A stretch of 64,000 nt of DNA, taken from Mobula hypostoma. Its lineage: Eukaryota. Positions 40,966-52,828 of this stretch are shown piece after piece. Numbering within the stretch: position 1 is the stretch's first letter; each line of letters opens with the position of its first letter. The notes below the pieces were generated by a model. It had not been told where the DNA came from and made no database searches. It saw only the letters and a list, made by a program, of their open reading frames with translations. Position numbers and translations under genes: made by a program. Location of the stretch: positions 103,294,001-103,358,000 of the forward strand of contig NC_086108.1 of the NCBI RefSeq assembly GCF_963921235.1, written 5' to 3'.

Positions 40966-41612
40966 GCCTCCTCTACATCTGTGAGACCCGACGTAGACTG
41001 GGGAACAACTTTGCTATATCTACATCAAAAGGTGGCGTTTCCTGGTTGTCACCCATTTCAATTTGACTTCCCACTCCACCTCCTTTATTACCACAATGAG
41101 GTTAAACTCGGGTTGGAGGAGCAACCCCTCAAATTCTGTGTGGGTAGCCTCCAAAATGACATGAGCATTGATTTCTCCACCTCCCAGTAATTTCTGCACC
41201 TCCCTTCTTCTCTCTTTCCATTCCACAATTTTGTTCCTCTCTTACCCTTTCTCATCTCTCCACCTTCCCATCATCTCCCTCTGGTGTCCGCCCCACCTTC
41301 CCTTTCTTCCAAGGTCTACTCTCTTCTCCCATCAAATTCCTCCTCCTTCCCTTTATCTTTTCCACCTATCCCCCCCTCCCCTACCTTCTTACTTCATTCC
41401 CCCCCTCAACCACTCACCCACCTTTTCCCTCACCTGGTTTCACCTATCACCTGCCAACTTGTACTCCTTTCCCTCCCCCCACCTTCTTATTCTGGCTTCT
41501 GCCTCCTTTCCAGTCCTGATGCGGGATCTCAGCCTGAAACGTTAACTCTTTATTTCCCTCCATAAATTTTGCTTGACCTGCAGAGTTCCTCTGGGATTCT
41601 GCGTGTGTTATT
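40966..41612 (+). mobile_element. Penelope-like 3' fragment, degenerate
   Basis: YIxET and LGLEEQ...GSLQ remnants, pyrimidine-rich UTR, broken hammerhead motif at 41511. Confidence 0.75.
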
Positions 41613-42537
41613 CAAAATTGAGATCTGTTTACCCTCACTCCCATCCATCTAGGGCTAGTTGAGTATAAGCAATGGAGTCCTAAATTCAGAGGGAAATACA
41701 GCTTGGAAATAGGCCCCTGCCCTGTGTTAACAAACAAGAACCTATTTATAGTAACACCAGCCATTTTATACCTCCAGCAATCCCATCAATTTTTACCACT
41801 GTCATCCAGGGTCTGGGCAACATGGTTGCCAATTGTGAGCAGTTTTGGGCCTCTTATCTGAGAAAGGATGGGCTGGAATTGAAGAAGGTTCAGAGGAGGT
41901 GCACGAGAATGATCCCAGGAATGAAAGGGTTAACGTTTAAGACGTTTTTGGTGGCTGTAGGCATGTACCCATTGGAGTTTGGAAGAATGAGGGGAGATTC
42001 TTGTTGAAACCTATCAAATATTGAAAAGCCTGGATATAGTGGACACGAAGAGGATGTGGGGGAGTCTAGGACCAGAGGGCATAATCTCAGAATAAAAGGA
42101 CATCCCTTAAGAGATAAGAAGGAATTTTTTTAGGCAGAGGTTGGTGAATCTGGAATTCACTGCTACAGGTGGTTGTGGAGGGTAAGTCACTGGGTATGGT
42201 TAAAGCAGAGATTGCTAAGTCCTTCATTAGGATGGGTGGCAAAGGTTACAGGGAGAAGGCAGGAGAAAGGGGTTGAGAGGAAAAGAAAATCAGCCATGAT
42301 GGAATGGTGGAGCAGACTCAATGGGCCGAATAGCCTAATTCTGATCCTATGTTGTAGTAAAAGTACTATAAATTACAATAATAGAATTCAGATTTAGCTA
42401 TAAATAAAGGAATAGCAGAATGCAGGATATGGTGTGAGAGAATGGAGTGCAGGTAGACAATAAGTTAGAAGGCCCATAATGAGGTAGATTGAACGTTTCA
42501 AGTTCAGTTTATAGTCATTCAACTGTACACATGTATA

Positions 42538-42846
42538 GGGTATAGGCATCCGTTAGTCTCATGAGACTATGGATTTGTGCCTTGGAATGTTTCCAGGACG
42601 CAGGCCTGGGCAAGGTTGTATGGAAGACTGGCAGTTGCCCATGCTTCAAGTCTCCTCTCTCCACGCCACTGATGTTGTCCAAGGGAAGGGCATTAGAACC
42701 CATACAGCTTGGCTCCGGTGTCGTCGCAGAGCAATGTGTGGTTAAGTGCCTTGCTCAAGGACACAACACACTGCCTCAGCCAAGGCTCGAACTAGCAACC
42801 TTCAAATCACTAGACAAACGCCTTAACCACTTGGCCACGCGCCAAC
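42538..42846 (-). mobile_element. tRNA-derived SINE with 11-bp TSD
   Basis: A box TGGCCAAGTGG and B box AGTTCGAGCC on the minus strand; TGTGTCCTTGAGCAAGGCACTTAACC core; ACACATGTATA at 42527-42537 and 42847-42857. Confidence 0.85.
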
Positions 42847-42886
42847 ACACATGTATACCGCCAAACAAAACAACGTTCCTCTGGAC

Positions 42887-42964
42887 CAAGGGTTCTCAAC
42901 TTGGGGTCCACAGACACCTCACAATGCTATTGGTCCATGGCATGAAACAGGTCGGGAACCCCTG
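42887..42964. mobile_element. 78-bp hAT-type MITE (related copies ~9850-9920, 33719-33783, 35093-35173)
   Basis: CAAGGGTTCTCAAC...GTCGGGAACCCCTG; 8-bp flanks CTCTGGAC/CTCCGGAC. Confidence 0.7.
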
Positions 42965-43613
42965 CTCCGGACCAAGGTGCACAACACAGTACATATAACT
43001 CACACACAACACAGAAAGCAATATTACCACAAATAAATTAACAAATAATGAGGTGCATATACAAGTTAAAAAGTAAACAGTATAAAGCTACTGATGTAAC
43101 ATTCATGGTGGCAAGGAGTTTAGTTGTCCTACAGTCCGAGTTGAAGAAGCGGTTTCCCATTCTAATAGTTCTTGTCTTATGCTGTGGTACCTCCTGCCTG
43201 GTGGTGGGATGGGGAGGGGGGCAAAGGGATTGATGGACACATGGGAGGGAGTCACTGACAACACTAAGGGCCCTGCTTGCACAGCACTGCTGATAAATAA
43301 CTCTGATAGGTGGAAGAGAGACCCCGATGATCTCTCAGTCGTCCTCACAATCCTCGGTAGGGACGCAGTCAGGTGTGTGGGTGGTGTGCCATTGAAGTGA
43401 GCTGACTCCTGGTTGAGGGTGAGGAATGAGGTGGGGAACACTCAAGCGATGATATCTAGAGGGTCAAACCTGTTACACTAATTGTGGGCCCAGGCTCACT
43501 TCATCGAATCAGTAAGGCCATAAGATATAGGAGCAGAATTAGGCCATTAGGCCCACTGAGGCTGCTCTGCCATTTGATCAAGACTGATCCAATTTTCCTC
43601 TCAGCCCCAATCT

Positions 43614-43890
43614 TTTTTTTGGCGGATCCGTGCGTGCATGTGTGATGTTGGCGGGACAATGTCTTTTACATACCTTTACAAGGCGCGGAGTGAGAGAGAG
43701 ACTGTGCGGCGAGCCACTCCTCACACAGACATTCTGCAGTATTTTTCCCTTTATTTTACGAGGTCGAGTTGCGATCTCGACACTCAACCCGGCACGGATG
43801 GAAAGCGTACTCGGGAGTGGCCCAGTTTGGATTCGAACCCGGGAACCTCCGCTCCCAGGTCTGGCGCTGATATTGCACCAGCAGCCGGCC
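43614..43890 (-). mobile_element. young tRNA-derived SINE with poly(A) and 17-bp TSD
   Basis: starts GGCCGG, B box GGTTCGAATCC, A7 tail; CCTCTCAGCCCCAATCT at 43597-43613 and 43891-43907. Confidence 0.9.
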
Positions 43891-44080
43891 CCTCTCAGCC
43901 CCAATCTAACTGCCTTCTCCCCATTTCCCTTTATGCCCTGACCAATTAAGAATCTATCAACCTCTGCCTTAAATATACATAAAGACTTGGCCTCCACAGC
44001 TGCTTGTAGCAAAGAATTCCACAGATTCACCACTCTCTGGCTAAAGAAATTCCTCCTCATCTCCATTATAAAAAAATGCC

Positions 44081-46389
44081 TGTTAGGAAATGAATTAGGG
44101 CAAGTGACAGAAGTCTGTGTAGGGGAGCACTTTGGTTCCAGTGATCATAACACCATTAGTTTCAATTTGATCATGGACAAGGATAGATCTGGTCCTAGGG
44201 TTGAGGTTCTGAACTGGAAGAAGGCCAAATTTGAAGAAATGAGAAAGGATCTAAAAAGCGTGGATTGGGACAGATTGTTCTCTGGCAAAGATGTGATTGG
44301 TAGGTGGGAAGCCTTCAAAGGGGAAATTTTGAGAGTGCAGAGTTTGTATGTTCCTGTCAGGATTAAAGGCAAATTGAATAGGGATAAGGAACCTTGGTTC
44401 TCAAGGGATATTGCAACTCTGATAAAGAAGAAGAGGGAGTTGTATGAAATGTATAGGAAACAGGGGGTAAATCAGGTGCTTGAGGAGTATAAGAAGTGCA
44501 AGAAAATACTTAAGAAAGAAATCAGGAGGGAAAAAAGAAGACATGAGGTTGCCTTGGCAGTCAAAGTGAAGGATAATCCAAAGAGCTTTTACAAGTATAT
44601 TAAGAGCAAAAGGATTGTAAGGGATAAAATTGGTCCTCTTGAAGATCAGAGTGGTCGGCTTTGTGCGGAACCAAAGGAAATGGGGGAGATCTTAAATAGG
44701 TTTTTTGCGTCTGTATTTACTAAGGAAGCTGGCATGAAATCTATGGAATTGCGGGAATCAAGTAGTGAGACCATGGAAACTGTACAGATTGAAAAGGAGG
44801 AGGTGCTTGCTGTCTTGAGGAAAATTAAAGTGGATAAATCCCCGGGACCTGATAGAGTGTTCCCTCGGACCTTGAAGGGGACTAGTGTTGAAATTGCGGG
44901 GGCCCTGGCAGAAATATTTAAAATGTCGCTGTCTACGGGTGAAGTGCCGGAGGATTGGAGAGTGGCTCATGTTGTTCCGTTGTTTAAAAAAGGATCGAAA
45001 AGTAATCCGGGAAATTATAGGCCGGTGAGTTTAATGTCAATAGTAGGTAAGTTATTGGAGGGAGTACTAAGAAACAGAATCTACAAGCATTTGGATAGAC
45101 AGGGGCTTATTAGGGAGAGTCAACATGGCTTTGTGCGTGGTCGGTCATGTTTGACCAATCTGTTGGAGTTTTTCAAGGAGGTTACCAGGAAAGTGGATGA
45201 AGGGAAGGCAGTGGATATTGTCTACATGGACTTCAATAAGGCCTTTGACAAGGTCCCGCATGGGAGGTTAGTTAGGAAAATTCAGTCGCTAGGTATACAT
45301 GGAGAGGTGGTAAATTGGATCAGACATTGGCTCAATGGAAGAAGCCAGAGAGTGGTGGTAGAGAATTGCTTCTCTGAGTGGAGGTCTGTGACTAGTGGTG
45401 TGCCACAGGGATCAGTGCTGGGTCCATTGCCATTTGTCATCTATATCAATGATCTGGATGATAATGTGGTAAATTGGATCAGCAAGTTTGCTGATGATAC
45501 AAAGATTGGAGGTGTAGTAGACAGTGAGGAAGGTTTTCAGAGCCTGCAGAGGGACTTGGACCAGCTGGAAAAATGGGCTGAAAAATGGCAGATGGAGTTT
45601 AATACTGACAAGTGTGAGGTATTGCATGTTGGAAGGACAAACCAACGTAGAACATACAGGGTTAATGGTAAGGCACTGAGGAGTGCAGTGGAACAGAGGG
45701 ATCTGGGAATACAGATACAAAATTCCCTAAAAGTGTCATCACAGGTAGATAGGGTCGTAAAGGGAGCTTTTGGTACATTGGCCTTTATTAATCGAAGTAT
45801 TGAGTATAAGAGCTGGAATGTTATGATGAGGTTGTATAAGGCATTGGTGAGGCCGAATCTGGAGTATTGTGTTCAGTTTTGGTCACCAAATTACAGGAAG
45901 GATATAAATAAGGTTGAAAGAGTGCAGAGAAGGTTTACAAGGATGTTGCCGGGACTTGAAAGGTTGAATAGGTTAGGACTTTATTCCCTGGAGCGTAGAA
46001 GAATGAGGGGAGATTTGATAGAGGTATATAAAATTATGATGGGTATAGATAGAGTGAATGCAAGCAGGCTTTTTCCACTGAGGCAAGGGGAGAAAAAAAC
46101 CAGAGGACGTGGGTTAAGGGTGAGGGGGGAAAAGTTTAAAGGGAACATTAGGGGGGGCTTCTTCACACAGAGAGTGGTGGGAGTATGGAATGAGCTGCCA
46201 GACGAGGTGGTAAATGGGGGTTCTTTTTTAACATTTAAGAATAAATTGGACAGATACATGGATGGGAGGCGTATAGAGGGATATGGTCTGTGTGCAGGTC
46301 AGTGGGACTAGGCAGAAAATGGTTCGGCACAGCCAAGAAGGGCCAAAGGGCCTGTTTCTGTGCTGTAGTTTCTATGGTTCTATGGTTCT
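44081..46389 (+). mobile_element. young 5'-truncated CR1-type LINE with open RT frame
   Basis: ORF open to 46311 with SDHN, NYRPVSL, GVPQGSVLGP, KFADDTK; (TTCTATGG)n tail; ATGCC at 44076-44080 and 46390-46394. Confidence 0.95.
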
Positions 46390-47334
46390 ATGCCCTTCTA
46401 TTCTGAGGCTGTATCCTCTGGTCTCGGACTCTCCCGTCATAGGAAACATCCTCTCCACATCCACTCTATCAAGGACTTTCTCATTTAATAGGTTTCAATG
46501 TCACCCTTCATTCTTCTGAATTCCAGTGATACAGGCCCAGAGCCATCAAACACTCTTCATATGACAAGCCACTCAATCCTGGAATCATTTTTGTGAACCT
46601 CCTTTGAACCCTCTCCAGTTTCAGCATATCCTTTCTAACATAAGAGGCCCAGACCTGCTCACAATACTCCAACAACTCCAACAAGTCAGACCTCACCAGT
46701 GCTTTATAAAGTCTCAACATTACATCCTTTCTTTTATATTCTAGTCCTCTTGAAATGAATGCTAACACCATGTATGCCTTCCTTCCTTATCCTACACAAG
46801 GACTCCCACGTCCCTTGGCACCTCAGTTTTTTTGTATTTTCTCTCCATTTAGAAAATAATCAACTCTTTAATTTCCTCTATCAAAGTGCATGACCATACA
46901 CTTCCCAGTACAGTATTCCATCTGCCATTTCTTAGCTCATTCTCCTAATCTAAGTCTTCTGTAGCCTTTCTACTTCCTCTGAACTACTTGACCCTCCACC
47001 TATCTTCAGATCATCTGCAAACTTTGCAACAAAGCCATCAATTCTATCATCCAAATCATTGACACATAATGTAAAAAGAATCAATCCCAACACAAACCCC
47101 TGTGGAATCTGTATATCGTTGGTTCGATTCTCACTCCAACTGCACTTATCTGATTAAAGGACATTGATATGAAACATCAACTTTGTCCTCTTCCGCACAG
47201 ACGCTGCCTAATCTGTCGAGCATTCCAGCAGTTTGCTTTTATTTCGGATTCCTAGCTTTGGTGATATTTTGATTTAATTTTTGTTGGGCAACAGCAGTGC
47301 AGAATTGAGAACAGCATGACCTAGGTGCCATCTT

Positions 47335-47579
47335 TTGATGAATCATTAGGCCAGGATCCCATCTGGATTTAATGGTCCTCAGGTCGCTGTTGCCCAAAAA
47401 TCTTCGTCATGGTCTGAGATCAGTGAAGAGATTACCCAGCAATTCATCACGTTGTTATAGTTGATGAGTCATTAGACCAGGTTCCTAACTGGGCTTAATG
47501 ATCCTTGGGTCGCTGGTGCTCACAAACATTGTCCATGGTCTGAGATCAGTGTAAAGATTATCCGCAATTCATCACGTTG
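47335..47579. repeat. diverged ~126-bp tandem duplication
   Basis: TTGATGARTCATTAG...CATGGTCTGAGATCAGTG...GCAATTCATCACGTTG at 47335 and 47461. Confidence 0.8.
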
Positions 47580-47959
47580 CTCTTTTTGGGAACTTGCTAT
47601 GCAGAATTTGTCTGCATTACAGAGTGGCTAACTTGTGCTGTAGGTTTTCTACGTTTCTACTTGGAAGGAGTTTTATCTGCTGTAAAATTCCTTAGAGAGT
47701 GGCATTGTAGCATAGCGGTTAACGTAACGCTTTACAGCACCGGCTGTAAGATCACGTTCGGCTCCCACTGCTCTCTGTAAGGAGTTTGAATGTTCTTTCT
47801 GTGACTGCATGGATTCCTTCTGGTTTCCTCCCACATTCTAAAGACTTAGCAGTTAGAGTAGCAAGTTGTGGGCATGCTACGTTAACGCTGGAAGCACGGC
47901 AACACTTGTGGGCTGATCCCTCCCCCCACCGGCACAGCCTCAAACATGTGCGTCATTGT

Positions 47960-48518
47960 TGTTCGTCCATCGTTGACGTCGAAGAGGACCTAGACACCAT
48001 AATGATGGTGTCGAGACTAGCGTGTGATTTGGATTTAAGTGAGGGAGAGTTGCGCAGCGTCAGCCTCACTCTCTCTTCCCAATTCCCATCTGGATCCAGT
48101 GGCAAGACAGAGCCTAGATAGCTGGAGATGGGACTAGGCGCAGTGGATGACCAGGACGTCTTCTGTGTCTTGTCCTGCTCTACACGTTCCATGACGCTTG
48201 CAGAGACCGCCTTCTTGACCGTTGGACCTTCCATTGGTCTCGTCCGCTCAATCTGCCAGAGTCTGTCTTCACATGCTGGGATAGACAACTCCCTATCTCA
48301 CCGAGGGTTTGAGACCCGTCGGCTACCATCACCTGGTTTAGTCAGCTTGTCGAAGCCGTTGCCCGGGGTGTGGCCGCTGTCGCATGCAAACAGCTACGGG
48401 GAGCCACAGGTGAGAGCTGAGTGCCAGGTGGGGACCAAAGGTGGACTAACCGCCCTGAAAAGGACACGACATGTTCCCCCACCAGAGGTGCTACCCCTCC
48501 CTGACACCCCATATACCC
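47960..48518 (-). mobile_element. RTE-derived non-autonomous element inside a SINE
   Basis: short AAC tail on the minus strand; CATTGT at 47954-47959 and 48519-48524; CpG-rich; family from memory. Confidence 0.55.
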
Positions 48519-48692
48519 CATTGTAGGTCTTGATGTTTCAATGCACATATGACAAGTAAAACTAATCTTTACTCCTTTAGCATAAAGTAGAAAGTATATC
48601 CCGAGTTTACAAAATACTTAGTACAAAAGTAAGTTTTCTTTTGTTGTTTCTTCTTGTTGGTACCTCTCATGTGTTCTTGTCCTTGTGCCAAG

Positions 48693-48856
48693 GTGGTCCT
48701 GTATCTGGGAGACAAGTGCTGTGCAAGAGAGTAGCAGCAGAGTATGGCTTCACTTACCTGTCCATGGAAGACCTCATTCAGGATGTGATGGGCTTCGGGC
48801 CAGAGGGGAGTGAGGAGACTAAGGAAACCGAAACGTGTGAGCATCTGGTGCCTCAG
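48693..48856 (+). CDS. AK5: AK5/AK5-like exon, degenerate domain 2 P-loop
   Basis: gccaag|GT GGT CCT...CAG|gtaagt; (G)GPVSGRQVLCKRVAAEYGFTYLSMEDLIQDVMGFGPEGSEETKETETCEHLVPQ; 164 nt, phase 1-0. Confidence 0.88.
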
Positions 48857-49614
48857 GTAAGTGCAACCTGATCCTCCTGGGTCAACACACCATAGAAACC
48901 TGGTCAATACCACCGGTCCTCTCTGATGCTCTCAGAGATGTTATTGAAGTTCTGAGGTTTATTGATTGGACTGTGTTCATTTTGGCCTCTTTAGGTTGCC
49001 GATTGGTGGTCTGGGGGTTTGGGTGATCTGTTAGTTTTTATGCAAGGGATGGGTTAGGGAGGGTTTGGGATTTTCAAGTTTGTGTTTATTTTTCTTTTTG
49101 TGCAGTGAGGATTGATGACTTACCACTACTTCTAGGTTTTTTCTGTATTTTATAGCTACCTGGAGAAAACAAATCTCAGAGTTGTATTCTGCATACACAC
49201 TTTGATAATAAAATGAATCTTTGAACATTTGAAAGCTAGACCTGAGGCCCTAACTTTGAGTAATGGATGAACATCTGCCGTTAAGTGATAATGTGATATT
49301 TCTTTTTGAACATTTTGCGGTGCATTCATGTTCTAACTTCAGTGATGCCTCGAAGCTGAGAAGGCTAAATGGAGTGTAAATTGTCTGTGAAAGTTGGATT
49401 GACTGAGTAGCAAATCATGGCAAATCTCTGCTTCAGGCTGTTCCAGTTTAAATGAGCTCAAGATGACACCACTGCATAACTCTGGAAACAGACTGTGAGA
49501 CTACTGAACAGCGGTGCTCAGAGTGACCCAGGCATTCTCATGCAGAAAGTTGGCAGCAGATACGACAAGTACCAAGTAATGGCAGATGTTCATCCATTAT
49601 TCAAACTTAGGGCT

Positions 49615-50128
49615 TCAGGCAACACACATAAAAGTTGCTGGTGAACGCAGCAGGCCAGGCAGCATCTCTAGGAAGAGGTGCAGTCGACGTTTCAGGCCGA
49701 GACCCTTCGTCAGGACTAACTGAAGGAAGAGTGAGTAAGGGATTTGAAAGTTGGAGGGGGAGGGGGAGATCCAAAATGATAGGAGAAGACAGGAGGGGGA
49801 GGGATGGAGCCGAGAGCTGGACAGGTGATAGGCAAAAGGGATACGAGAGGATCATGGGACAGGAGGTCCGGGAAGAAAGACAAGGAGGGTGGGGGGGGGA
49901 CCCAGAGGATGGGCAAGGGGTATATTCAGAGGGACAGAGGGAGAAAAAGGAGAGTGAGAGAAAGAATGTGTGTATAAAAATAAGTAACAGATGGGGTACG
50001 AGGGGGAGGTGGGGCATTAGCGGAAGTTAGAGAAGTCGATGTTCATGCCACCTGGCTACCCAGACGGAATATAAGATGTTGTTCCTCCAACCTGAGTGTG
50101 GCTTCATCTTTACAGTAGAGGAGGCCGC
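49615..50128 (-). mobile_element. Penelope-like 3' fragment
   Basis: closely similar to 6833-7350. Confidence 0.88.
49681..49718 (-). ncRNA. minimal type I hammerhead ribozyme motif, best-preserved copy
   Basis: UAGUC-CUGACGA-A-GGGUCUCGGCCU-GAAA-CG-UC^GACUG; 5-bp stem I, 4-bp stem II, palindromic ACGU in place of helix III. Confidence 0.75.
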
Positions 50129-50358
50129 CTGGGTTTCAGATGTTCAAAGATTCATTTTATTATCAAAGTATGTATGCAGAATACAGTTCTGAGATCCGTC
50201 TTCTCCAGATAGCCATACAAGCAAATAAAATGTTAGCCATCATTTTGCGAGGTGAGGACTAGAATAAGATGTAACGCTGAGGCTTTGTAAGGCATTGGTC
50301 AGACTCCATTTGGTGCATTTGGAGTAATTTGAGCAGTTTTGGGCCCTTATCTAAGAAA

Positions 50359-52227
50359 GTTTGGTGGTGGGGTGGAGATGCATAGTCATAGTCATACTTT
50401 ATTGATCCCGGGGGAAATTGGTTTTTGTTACAGTTGCACCATAAATAATAAATAGTAATAAAACCATAAGTAGTTAAATAGTAATATGTAAATTATTTAT
50501 GCAGGAAATAAGTCCAGGACCAGCCTATTGGCTCAGGGTGTCTGACCCTCCAAGGGAGGAGTTGGAAAGTTTGATGGCCACAGGCAGGAATGACTTCCTA
50601 TGACGCTCTGTGTTGCATCTCGGTGGAATGAGTCTCTGGCTGAATGTACTCCTGTGCCCAACCAGTACATTATGTAGTGGATGGGAGACATTGTCCAAGA
50701 TGGCATGCAACTTGGACAGCATCCTCTTTTCAGACACCACCGTCAGAGAGTCCAGTTCCATCCCCACAACATCACTGGCCTTACGAATGAGTTTGTTGAT
50801 TCTGTTGGTGTCTGCCACCCTCAGCCTGCTGCCCCAGCACACAACAACAAACATGATAGCACTGGCCACCACAGACTCGTAGAACATCCTCAGTATTGTC
50901 CGGCAGATGTTAAAGGACCTCAGTCTCCTCAGGAAATAGAGACGGCTCTGACCCTTCTTGTACACAGCCTCAGTGTTCTTTGACCAGTCCAGTTTATTGC
51001 CAATTCGTATCCCCAGGTATTTGTAATCCTCCACCATGTCCACACTGACGCCCTGGATGGAAACAGGGGTCACCGGTACCTTAGCTGTCTTCAGGTCTAC
51101 CACCAGCTCCTTAGTCTTTTTCACATTAAGCTGCAGATAATTCTGCTCACACCATGTGACAAAGTTTCCTACCGTAGCCTTGTACTCAGCCTCATCTCCC
51201 TTGCTGATGCATCCAATTATGGCAGAGTCATCAGATAACGTCTGAAGATGACAAGACTCTGTGCAGTAGTTGAAGTCCGAGGTGTAAATGGTGAAGAGAA
51301 AGGGAGACAAGACAGTCCCCTATGGAGCCCCAGTGCTGCTGATCACTCTGTCGGACACACAGTGTTGCAAGCACACGTACTGTGGTCTGCCAGTCAGGTA
51401 ATCAAGAATCCACGATACCAGGAAAGCATCCACCTGCATCACTGTCAGCTTCTCCCCCAGCAGAGCAGGGCGGATGGTGTTGAACGACTGGAGAAGTCAA
51501 AAAGCATGACCCTCACAGTGCTCGCTGGCTTGTCCAGGTGGGCGTAGACACGGTTCAGCAGATAGACGATGGCATCCTCAACTCCTAGTCGGGACTGGTA
51601 GGCGAACTGGAGGGGATCTAAGTGTGGCCTGACCATAGGCCGGAGCAGCTCCAGAACAAGTCTCTCCAGGGTCTTCATGATGTGGGAGGTCAATGCCACC
51701 GGTCTGTAGTCATTGAGGCCGCTGGGGCGCGGCGTCTTCAGCACAGGGACGAGGCAGGACGTCTTCCACAGCACAGGAACCCTCCGGAGCCTCAGGCTCA
51801 GGTTGGATACATGGCAAAGTACTCCACATTGCTGAGGGGCACAGGCTTTGAGCACCCTGGTACTGACACCATCCGGTCCTGCAGCCCTGCTTGGGTTGAG
51901 ATGTTTCATCTCTACCAAAGGAGGGTAAGTTGCTCCTTCCCTCAGCCTGCAGGTCACACTTGGGCAAGGTGTAGACCTACTTAACCACCCTCTCCCCATT
52001 CAGGATCACATGATGCCACGAGAGCAGGTGGGGGATGGTCGTATGAGCAGCTGGTGCAAAGCACAAGTCCTGGCTGTGCGACTACTCGCACCAGGCAGGC
52101 AGTCTCTGAAGAGTATTGGTAACTGCCAGGGTCACTTGTCTTGTAAAGAGGAAGGCAATGGCACACTACTTCTGTAGAAAAATCATGAACGCCTACATCA
52201 TATGACACGGCTTTAATGATGATGATG
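50359..52227 (+). mobile_element. SINE-like (GAT)n-tailed element split by a Rex1/Babar insertion
   Basis: ATCTAAGAAA at 50349-50358 and 52228-52237; GGAAGGCAATGGCACACTAC motif reminiscent of RTE/BovB-related SINE tails. Confidence 0.75.
50381..51909 (-). mobile_element. Rex1/Babar-type LINE, 5'-truncated and frameshifted
   Basis: ORFs 51445-51999 (DYRPVALTSHIMKTLERL, LDPLQFAYQ, FDFSS) and 50525-51310 (SPFLFTIYTSD, SDD, YKYLG); (GACTAT)n tail. Confidence 0.92.
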
Positions 52228-52321
52228 ATCTAAGAAAAATGTGCTTCCGTTGGAGAGGGGCCAGAGGATTTCACAAGATTATATTGGAACTGAGAGGGTT
52301 AACATAAGAGGAAATTTAACA

Positions 52322-52828
52322 TTTGGTCACCAAATTACAGGAAGGATATAAATAAGGTTGAAAGAGTGCAGAGAAGGTTTACAAGGATGTTGCCGGGACT
52401 TGAAAGGTTGAATAGGTTAGGACTTTATTCCCTGGAGCGTAGAAGAATGAGGGGAGATTTGATAGAGGTATATAAAATTATGATGGCTATAGATAGAGTG
52501 AATGCAAGCAGGCTTTTTCCACTGAGGCAAGGGGAGAAAAAAACCAGAGGACATGGGTTAAGGGTGAGGGGGGAAAAGTTTAAAGGGAACATTGGGGGGG
52601 GTCTTCTTCACACAGAGAGTGGTGGGAGTATGGAATGAGCTGCCAGATGTGGTGGTAAATGTGTTTTTTTTTAACATTTAAGAATATATTGGACAGATAC
52701 ATGGATGGGAGGTGTATGGAGGGATATGGTCCGTGTGCAGGTCAGTGGGACTAGGCAGAAAGTGGTTCGGCACAGCCAAGAAGGGCCAAAAGGCCTGTTT
52801 CTGTGCTGTAGTTTCTATGGTTCTATGG
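52322..52828 (+). mobile_element. CR1 3' fragment, same subfamily as 44081-46389
   Basis: near-identical to 45878-46389. Confidence 0.92.

Larger units (their letters stand above)
43515..47108 (-). mobile_element. older antisense CR1 copy hosting two younger insertions
   Basis: segments ~43515-43613, 43908-44080 and 46395-47108 join into one CR1 3' region (ORFs 43578-44066 in part, 46508-46771). Confidence 0.85.

Noticed and set aside
43810..43890. tRNA gene
   Set aside because: The tRNA-like head continues into a SINE body with poly(A) and TSD; no complete cloverleaf
43987..46311. 774-aa ORF as an autonomous or domesticated gene
   Set aside because: The first ~31 codons come from the antisense host repeat; the element is 5'-truncated, lacking most of the endonuclease and an authentic start
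49150..50220. Inverted repeats at ~49150-49235 and ~50135-50220 as TIRs of one transposon
   Set aside because: Both resemble the common LINE 3'-end sequence found throughout the window; no TSD seen
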